Of a stretch of 64,000 nucleotides of DNA, positions 57,793 through 64,000 are shown piece by piece. The stretch covers positions 1 to 64,000 of IMG/VR virus record IMGVR_UViG_3300006752_006525; one strand, given 5' to 3'. Source of the DNA: a virus. The notes below the pieces were generated by a model. That model searched no databases. It worked only from the letters and a program-made list of their open reading frames with translations, and was not told the DNA's origin. Within the stretch, counting starts at the first letter, position 1; each line of letters begins with the position of its first letter. The position numbers and the translations under genes are program-made.

Positions 57793-59352
57793 ATGGATTT
57801 AGGCAAGAGACAGAGAGACTATGCAGTTTATCTCCCTGCGATTAGTAGTTTCTATGTAAAACAAGTAGACAAGATTGTGAACAAAGTTCCACAAGACAGC
57901 AGAACTCCTGCAGGCTTTGAACACGGTAATGAAGGTCTTGACTTCCTAAAGCCTAAAGATACATACTATCATTATCCTTGGGGTCTATATTCTGCAGGTC
58001 ATGCTCATTTAGACATTGACAAAAGTCATGCCGATGAGCCAATGATACAAGACAGAGATAGAAATGACACATTAATTTTAGGTGACAGTGGTGGATTCCA
58101 AATTGCTACTGGTGTACTAAAACTAGATTGGGCTAACGCAAAGGATCCACTTGATCCTGCTCGAACTGCGATCTGCGAGAAGATATTGCGTTGGCTCGAA
58201 CACACCGCAGATTGGAGTATGACACTTGATATTCCAGCATTTGCCGCAGTTGAGCCTCTCAGCAGTAAAACTGGGTTGACATCTTTTGATGATACATTAG
58301 ATATCAGTCTACTAAACCTGGACTACTTTGTTCGTAATCGAGTACCAGGTGCAACCAAGTTCCTTAATGTATTAAGTGGTACAGATGAGGCCACAAGTAA
58401 AACTTGGTATGAAGCAGTTAAGAGCTTCAGTCAACCGCAGTTTACTGCTGACGCATACGGTGATGCCAATAGGGCATTAGAAGGATATGCCTTTGCTGGT
58501 ATTAACATGAAAGACCTTAGTTGTGTCTTGAATAGGTTACTAGACTTGCGTGAAGATGGATTACTAGAAGGCAAGGATTGGATACACTTCCTTGGTACTG
58601 GTAAACTACAATGGGCCTGTTTCCTAACCAGCATTCAGAGAATGTTACGACAGCACGATAACCCAAACATTACTTTGAGCTTTGACGCGGCATCACCGTT
58701 TGTGAATACAGCATATGGACAAACGTATGCACATAACTTTTTTGAGCCTGGTAAGTTTGGTTACTTTATGGACAGAGCATTTGATCAACAAGAACTTGTT
58801 GGTAGTGATTTGCCTGCTCCGTTTGGCCACAGTCCTATTATGGAAAGGCTTACAATGGGAGACCTATGTTCAATGGGTCCAGGTGCTCAGGACAAGAACG
58901 GTAACTACAAGTTCAGTGAAGGACAACCACTTACAGATAAGCATGGTGAGCCTAAACTAGATGCAGAAGGCAATCAGTTGTATGCAGAACGTGACAGCAC
59001 TACTTGGGACACACAAAGTTATTTGTATTACATGGCTCACAGTGTGTTCAATCACATTGACGCAGTACAAGAAGCAAACAGACTTGCTGACGTAGAACGT
59101 ACAAGAGAATCAGTACACTATACACAGTGGCGTAAACCTACAAAGAAAAGCAGTAAAGCACAAGAGGTATCACCTTACGTGCCAGTTAACTTGTTCTTCT
59201 TTGATAGTTTTGTTAAAGATGTATTAGACCCTGCGTGTAGTGAACCGAGAAAACTAATCAAAGACTACAAGGAAATGTTAGATTCATTCAGTGTAGGCGG
59301 CGAAGCAGAAGATACTAAAGAAGAGGTGTTAAATGAGTTTTTTGAATTTTAA
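57793..59352 (+). CDS. dpdA: TGT/DpdA-like guanine transglycosylase
   Basis: LGDSGGFQ, MTLDIP, LNVLSG, HFLG, SFDAASP TGT-fold motifs; no Zn-binding CxCxxC. Confidence 0.7.
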   Translation: MDLGKRQRDYAVYLPAISSFYVKQVDKIVNKVPQDSRTPAGFEHGNEGLDFLKPKDTYYHYPWGLYSAGHAHLDIDKSHADEPMIQDRDRNDTLILGDSGGFQIATGVLKLDWANAKDPLDPARTAICEKILRWLEHTADWSMTLDIPAFAAVEPLSSKTGLTSFDDTLDISLLNLDYFVRNRVPGATKFLNVLSGTDEATSKTWYEAVKSFSQPQFTADAYGDANRALEGYAFAGINMKDLSCVLNRLLDLREDGLLEGKDWIHFLGTGKLQWACFLTSIQRMLRQHDNPNITLSFDAASPFVNTAYGQTYAHNFFEPGKFGYFMDRAFDQQELVGSDLPAPFGHSPIMERLTMGDLCSMGPGAQDKNGNYKFSEGQPLTDKHGEPKLDAEGNQLYAERDSTTWDTQSYLYYMAHSVFNHIDAVQEANRLADVERTRESVHYTQWRKPTKKSSKAQEVSPYVPVNLFFFDSFVKDVLDPACSEPRKLIKDYKEMLDSFSVGGEAEDTKEEVLNEFFEF

Positions 59353-59701
59353 GAATCCTTTTAAGAAGACTGTTAAAGTTAATGGTTTAATAAAAGGCGA
59401 TGTCCAGATGTTTGATAATGCTATTAGACAATGGCATCATGATAGAAATTTAATTGATGGTAGTACTGATAAAGATCAAGTACTTAAATTAATGCAGGAG
59501 TTAGGCGAACTGTCTGATAATTGTTGCAAGGGTAAAGACATGCGTGATGACCTAGGTGACATGATGGTAGTAATGCTTAATATTATGGAACGCAATGGCT
59601 ACTCATTAGAAGGTTGCCTTGCACAGGCATATGGTGACATCAAAGACCGTAAAGGTAAAATGGTAGATGGTATCTTTGTCAAGGAAGAAGACTATCTATG
59701 A
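59333..59701 (+). CDS. MazG-like NTP pyrophosphatase
   Basis: QW..DRNL, KLMQELGEL, DDLGD, AYGDIKDRKG..FVKE. Confidence 0.8.
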   Translation: MSFLNFKNPFKKTVKVNGLIKGDVQMFDNAIRQWHHDRNLIDGSTDKDQVLKLMQELGELSDNCCKGKDMRDDLGDMMVVMLNIMERNGYSLEGCLAQAYGDIKDRKGKMVDGIFVKEEDYL

Positions 59702-59886
59702 CTAGGATTATTGTTGGGTTGTATACCAACGAGGGACACGATGTTGTATTCGAAGAACACAGCGACAGCGAAGTGCAGGTAACAGAAACATATAATGGTA
59801 ACACAATGCCAACTGTGATTGTTAATCTTGCTGATGCTAAAGCAAAACAAGATCAACTATCAGCATTAGGTTATCAGTTGGTATGA
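59698..59886 (+). CDS. Hypothetical protein
   Basis: Coupled ORF. Confidence 0.5.
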   Translation: MTRIIVGLYTNEGHDVVFEEHSDSEVQVTETYNGNTMPTVIVNLADAKAKQDQLSALGYQLV

Positions 59887-60068
59887 AAACTATCAGAGCA
59901 ACTATCACAGTAGAAATTCCGTACAGTAATGAACTTATGAACTATGGTGATAAGTTGAGCGATAAGTTAAAGCAAGTAATTGCAGATACAGATTTTATAT
60001 CACACGAAACTCAGGCAGGTGATTTACAACCTTGTACAAGACCAGTTATAAGAGTAACAGATGAATAG
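59883..60068 (+). CDS. Hypothetical protein
   Basis: Coupled ORF. Confidence 0.5.
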   Translation: MKTIRATITVEIPYSNELMNYGDKLSDKLKQVIADTDFISHETQAGDLQPCTRPVIRVTDE

Positions 60069-60573
60069 AGAAGGACACACAATAGACACAAAGTTCTTTA
60101 TAGGCACTGAAGTAGAGCATAGCCCTGCTTATGGTCAGAGAACATTGTTTGTTATTGGACCACAACCTTACAAAGAAGTATTAGCAAGGGCATTGAATAA
60201 TAACTGTCCTCACATATACTTAGGTGCTAATCAAAGTTTTGACATCAGCACAGAACATGCTAAACAAGAATGGGACTTTATGTTAAACAAACTTGTAGTT
60301 GATACAGGTATTTGGGTAACACTTGACTTTGATGTAAAACATGTTGAATGGGTACTCGATAGTGGTATGACAGAGTATAACACTTTTATACCAATGATGA
60401 GTTGTAAGTTACCATTTATAAATCAATTAGGATACAATGCATGTCTCAAATTAGATGACATGGATTTCAAAGCAACAAACCCAGGTGTATGGACACACAG
60501 AGTACACGACTTGATGGATAGGAAAGTATTCACCGATTGGACCAAGTACACCAAAGATGAGGTAATAGAGTAA
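60061..60573 (+). CDS. Hypothetical protein in the dpdA cluster
   Basis: 170 aa; FFIGTEVEHSPA, HIYLGAN, NPGVW. Confidence 0.65.
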   Translation: MNREGHTIDTKFFIGTEVEHSPAYGQRTLFVIGPQPYKEVLARALNNNCPHIYLGANQSFDISTEHAKQEWDFMLNKLVVDTGIWVTLDFDVKHVEWVLDSGMTEYNTFIPMMSCKLPFINQLGYNACLKLDDMDFKATNPGVWTHRVHDLMDRKVFTDWTKYTKDEVIE

Positions 60574-60587
60574 TCGAGGAAGATACT

Positions 60588-60755
60588 ATGAAAAGAGATG
60601 AAAGAATGTATAAGTCTACAAAAGCAAGACAAAAACGCAGACTAGTAAAAGCAATCAGAGCAAAAATTAAACGTAGTTACTATGCTCACATGCGACATCT
60701 CCGAAAGAAGTATCAAAAGATCAGAGGAAGACATCATGATGAGGCAACAAATTGA
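60588..60755 (+). CDS. Very basic 55-aa protein
   Basis: MKRDERMYKSTKARQKRRLVKAIRAKIKRS...; GAGG RBS. Confidence 0.55.
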   Translation: MKRDERMYKSTKARQKRRLVKAIRAKIKRSYYAHMRHLRKKYQKIRGRHHDEATN

Positions 60756-60994
60756 CAATAACTGATGTCATAGGATTGATAGGGGTAGCATTATTAATCT
60801 ACACTTATGCAATGCTACAGTTTGATAGGATAGACCCTAAAGGATTTTGGTACAGTTTTAATAATATGGTTGTTGCCATACTGGTAACTGTGAGTTTACT
60901 CTACAGTTTTAACTTAGCAAGTATGGTTATAGAAGTATTTTGGTTTAGTCTAAGTGTGTATGGCATTTGGAATTATTATAGGAAGAAGAAATAA
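60752..60994 (+). CDS. CBU_0592-like small membrane protein
   Basis: DVIGLIGV..YSFNN..SL..EVFW..SVYG. Confidence 0.65.
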   Translation: MTITDVIGLIGVALLIYTYAMLQFDRIDPKGFWYSFNNMVVAILVTVSLLYSFNLASMVIEVFWFSLSVYGIWNYYRKKK

Positions 60995-61156
60995 ATGGAC
61001 GGTGTAATATTAGCGGCAGGTATGGTAGCAAGTTTGATTGCTATTGTGGGTTTACTATTTGGTGCAGAAGGCAGTAAAGGTATTACAGAAGAATACACCA
61101 CAAAGTCGGGTGTCAAGCACACTGCAAAAAAAGATAGAGAGGAACACTTAGTATGA
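60995..61156 (+). CDS. Small membrane-anchored protein (53 aa)
   Basis: N-terminal TM; adjacent to both neighbours. Confidence 0.5.
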   Translation: MDGVILAAGMVASLIAIVGLLFGAEGSKGITEEYTTKSGVKHTAKKDREEHLV

Positions 61157-61599
61157 GAGAACTATTTGATACTTTACTGAAGCAGGACCACAAGTTACAT
61201 TGGACCACAGTACTAACTGAACGTGCAATTATTGCACTGATTGGTTTGTGTACTGTTATGGCCGTAGGTGATTATGTTTATGGCATGTGGTTAATAAAGT
61301 CTGTTCAACTAGCAGACTTGTTTATGTTGTTTATTTTTGCAGAGGTAGTTGCAATGATTGGTGCGTTTTATAATACAGAACGTATTCCTGTAACATTGCC
61401 AATAATCATTGCCATTACAGCACTATGTAGATTAATAGTGTTACACAGCAAAGAAATGGAGAGTTTGGACTTGATTGCTGAGGCAGGAGCCATATTAATC
61501 TTAGCAGGTTCGGCTTACTTGATGAGCCTCAAAGATAAACTCAGTTTAGAAAAATTAAAAATTCAATCTAAGAAAGTAAAGGTTGACAAAAAGAAATAG
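61153..61599 (+). CDS. psiE: Phosphate-starvation-inducible PsiE-like protein
   Basis: DLFMLFIFAE..IPV..IIIAITALCRLIV. Confidence 0.75.
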   Translation: MRELFDTLLKQDHKLHWTTVLTERAIIALIGLCTVMAVGDYVYGMWLIKSVQLADLFMLFIFAEVVAMIGAFYNTERIPVTLPIIIAITALCRLIVLHSKEMESLDLIAEAGAILILAGSAYLMSLKDKLSLEKLKIQSKKVKVDKKK

Positions 61600-61617
61600 G
61601 TATGTATAATATATAGT

Positions 61618-61797
61618 ATGAAGATAAATCTATCGACCAGAAAAGGCAGAACAGAAATTGCCACAGAAATTGACAGTGACTTTGAAACTGAATATGACTG
61701 GCAAGAGTTTATGTTAGGCGTGTTTGATTTTTTATTAGCGGCAGGCGTTGAACTGCCAGATGAAATAGCAGATGCTTTAGACGATTTTAATGATTGA
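61618..61797 (+). CDS. Acidic 59-aa protein
   Basis: Leaderless after TTGACA..TATAAT. Confidence 0.5.
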   Translation: MKINLSTRKGRTEIATEIDSDFETEYDWQEFMLGVFDFLLAAGVELPDEIADALDDFND

Positions 61798-61893
61798 GTT
61801 ATTATTGTGGAGTCTAATAGTTATTACATGGTTAAGTTATGGAATGCATGTGATAAGAGAATACATAAGGCATCACAGTGAATAGGAGAATTT

Positions 61894-62304
61894 ATGATTG
61901 AACCACATATGAAAAAGCCACCTTTATTTAGAAGGGCAGTAATGAATACTGTTTGGTTATGGAGACGTATAATGAGTCTCAAATATAATCCACTAGGCAA
62001 GATTCCAGACCCAAGTCTGCAGACTTACTTTATGTTAGTGCTGTTTACTATTTGGAGTGTATGGTTTGGTTTCTTAGCATCAAGTTACCTAGGCTGGTTT
62101 GGCTATAGTACTGTAGCAAGTATTATTATTCATGCCGCTATATTGGTACCATTGGCAATGACTAATGCAATCTTTATTGATGCAGAACGTGATGGTCATA
62201 AGTGGCTAAAAGAATGGAAAGAAGAACACAATAGATGGACTATTGTTACCAATAGACTCAAGACAAAGAACTTGACTATATGGGATCCGAGCAAGGAGGC
62301 GTAA
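61894..62304 (+). CDS. Membrane hypothetical protein
   Basis: YNPL..IPD motif, two TM helices; AGGAG RBS. Confidence 0.65.
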   Translation: MIEPHMKKPPLFRRAVMNTVWLWRRIMSLKYNPLGKIPDPSLQTYFMLVLFTIWSVWFGFLASSYLGWFGYSTVASIIIHAAILVPLAMTNAIFIDAERDGHKWLKEWKEEHNRWTIVTNRLKTKNLTIWDPSKEA

Positions 62305-62486
62305 TGGCAATATCAGATGAAATGAGAGAACAACTTGAACAGGTTGTTCAGTATGGTGATCAAATCAAAGCAATGTTTGCAGAACAAGACGACGTTGACT
62401 ATGAGATTGGTGACTACGATGAACCTATCACACAACTGCTAGGACACATGAATGAAGTCATGGAATCAATAGACGGAGGTTGGTAG
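62304..62486 (+). CDS. Acidic hypothetical protein
   Basis: AAGGAGG RBS. Confidence 0.55.
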   Translation: MAISDEMREQLEQVVQYGDQIKAMFAEQDDVDYEIGDYDEPITQLLGHMNEVMESIDGGW

Positions 62487-62917
62487 TGAGAAGTATTTGG
62501 GTAACGTTTACTAAAGAGGGTATTCACAAGTACCCTGCCGCCTTAGATGATCCTAAGTTAGCAACAGGCGATTGGGACGATGTATCCTTTTTAGGATATC
62601 CACATAGACACACCTTTCACTTTAAGGTGTGGCTCGAAGTGTTCCATGATGACAGAGACGTAGAATTTATACAGTTTAAGAGATGGATGGAAAGACTGTA
62701 TGCACAAGACACATTGCAATTAGATTACAAGAGTTGTGAAATGATTGCAGACGATTTAGCGAGTGAGATACAAGCAAAGTATCCTGATCGCTGGATTAAG
62801 ATTTCGGTAGCCGAAGATAATGAAAACGGTTGCGAAATGGAGTATCCAATAAATTATATGGATGGTCCAAACTTTGATGCTGATGGTATCGAAGAAGTAT
62901 TTGATAGTCTAAAATAA
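62480..62917 (+). CDS. QueD-like T-fold protein (DpdL-type candidate)
   Basis: EGIH, LGYPHRHTFHF, DRDVEF, SCEMIA, EDNENG. Confidence 0.65.
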   Translation: MVVRSIWVTFTKEGIHKYPAALDDPKLATGDWDDVSFLGYPHRHTFHFKVWLEVFHDDRDVEFIQFKRWMERLYAQDTLQLDYKSCEMIADDLASEIQAKYPDRWIKISVAEDNENGCEMEYPINYMDGPNFDADGIEEVFDSLK

Positions 62918-62927
62918 GGAGAAAACT

Positions 62928-63110
62928 ATGAGTTCAGAAATACATTTACAAATCAAAGCCGCAATGGATACTTACTTAGAGGAAAGTTCTAAGTTTGAAG
63001 ACAAAGGTGTAAAGGCCGCGGCTACTAGAGCACGTGGTGCTTTGATGGAATTAACTAAACTTGCAAAAGCAAGACGTGGTGAAATCCAAGACAAAAAGAA
63101 TGCAATGTAA
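62928..63110 (+). CDS. Histone H1-like (Hc1-type) small basic protein
   Basis: KGVKAAATRARGALMEL.KLAKARR.EIQ. Confidence 0.6.
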   Translation: MSSEIHLQIKAAMDTYLEESSKFEDKGVKAAATRARGALMELTKLAKARRGEIQDKKNAM

Positions 63111-63277
63111 TGACAAAGAAGAAGGCAAACACTAGCTCAACACCTAAAGTTATTAGCAAAAATGAGGCTGACAAAATGGACAACTATGTTCAAAGTCTCG
63201 AAGATGAAGTAACTCATGTTGTTGACTATGGTGACATAGCAGAACCAAAAAAGAAACGAGGTAAAAAGAAGAAATGA
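63110..63277 (+). CDS. Small hypothetical protein
   Basis: Coupled ORF. Confidence 0.45.
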   Translation: MTKKKANTSSTPKVISKNEADKMDNYVQSLEDEVTHVVDYGDIAEPKKKRGKKKK

Positions 63278-64000
63278 GAAAACTGTTTTATATGGGACTT
63301 GAGTCCTACGAGGCACGATATACACTTCAGTTACAAGACTGGAATGAACGAGTATTCAAACGCAGAGGCATTGACTATGAGATCATTACAGGTGAAGAGC
63401 TGGATAACAGCAAGGCTATTGTAACAGGTAGTGTGTTAGATGCACATGGGCGTTCCTATTACAGTTTGTCTCAGACTATGAACCTTGTTCAAATGATGAA
63501 GAACGGCGAACTAACAAACGAGGATGTTATCTTTTATGAAGATATGTTTACTCCTGGTATTGAATGTTTGCCTTACATCATGGATCAGTCACCGCCAGAA
63601 TACAGACCCAAAGTGTATTTGCGTTTCCTTGCACAAACTACAGACCCAGATGACTTCCTTATTAGAGAAGGAATGTTCCACTGGATGCGTAAGTATGAGG
63701 AAATGGTAGATCACGTAGTAAGTGGTATTATGGTAGCGAATGAAGAGTTTGCCGCACACTTGCGTATTGCTGGATTGTTAGCACCTATTTATGTAACTGG
63801 CTTGCCATATGGTAAAGAAGAAGTACAAGGTAGGGTTGATCACAGCACACCATTGCATAAAAGAAAGAAGCGTGTAGCCTTTGCCGCACGTTGGGATGAC
63901 GAGAAGCAACCTAACTTCTATATGGATCTTGCAGAAGCATACTACAAGATTGATCCTGAAGTAGAGTTTGCAGTATTTTGCGGACACCCAGAACTAAAGA
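63274..64000 (+). CDS. GT-B glycosyltransferase (partial, runs off the window)
   Basis: Open frame MRKLFYMGLESYEARYT...VAFAARWDDEKQP (GT4-like R..EK motif). Confidence 0.65.
   Translation, partial: MRKLFYMGLESYEARYTLQLQDWNERVFKRRGIDYEIITGEELDNSKAIVTGSVLDAHGRSYYSLSQTMNLVQMMKNGELTNEDVIFYEDMFTPGIECLPYIMDQSPPEYRPKVYLRFLAQTTDPDDFLIREGMFHWMRKYEEMVDHVVSGIMVANEEFAAHLRIAGLLAPIYVTGLPYGKEEVQGRVDHSTPLHKRKKRVAFAARWDDEKQPNFYMDLAEAYYKIDPEVEFAVFCGHPELK

Noticed and set aside
60588-60755. Ribosomal protein bS21 call for the basic peptide
   Set aside because: Lacks the bS21 (F/Y)EKP motif and N-terminal pattern
1-64000. Stop-codon reassignment or selenoprotein recoding
   Set aside because: Code 11 gives full-length, tightly coupled genes ending in TAA, TAG and TGA; no suppressor or Sec tRNA was seen

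Overview
AT-rich, densely coding segment (genetic code 11) of a large T4-like/jumbo tailed dsDNA phage, probably marine. The host is probably a gammaproteobacterium, judged from NfuA, 7Fe ferredoxin, E. coli-type GuaC, PsiE and a TorF-type porin. Contents: (1) large fibre/decoration-type virion proteins (1-4427, 36334-45937); (2) a long auxiliary-metabolism block with guaC, nadE, dCMP deaminase, ugd, phoH, an ACP, Fe-S proteins (bfd/nfuA/sufE/iscA/fdx), two B12-type radical SAMs and clpP/clpA/dnaJ/groES; (3) replication genes (family B polymerase, clamp, clamp loader, mini-DnaE fragment); (4) four tRNAs; (5) a TGT/DpdA-like + T-fold + glycosyltransferase cluster pointing to 7-deazaguanine DNA modification. 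Early sigma70 promoters and late (G/T)ATAAATA promoters are visible, many of them leaderless. The most striking feature is a tandem glnA-type glutamine riboswitch behind a late promoter, apparently controlling an unannotated 49-aa basic peptide (45987-46276, minus strand). It is one of three late promoter + regulatory leader + small protein cassettes. GCWGC also appears to be strongly avoided throughout the window. All protein calls come from motif recognition by eye; no searches were run.
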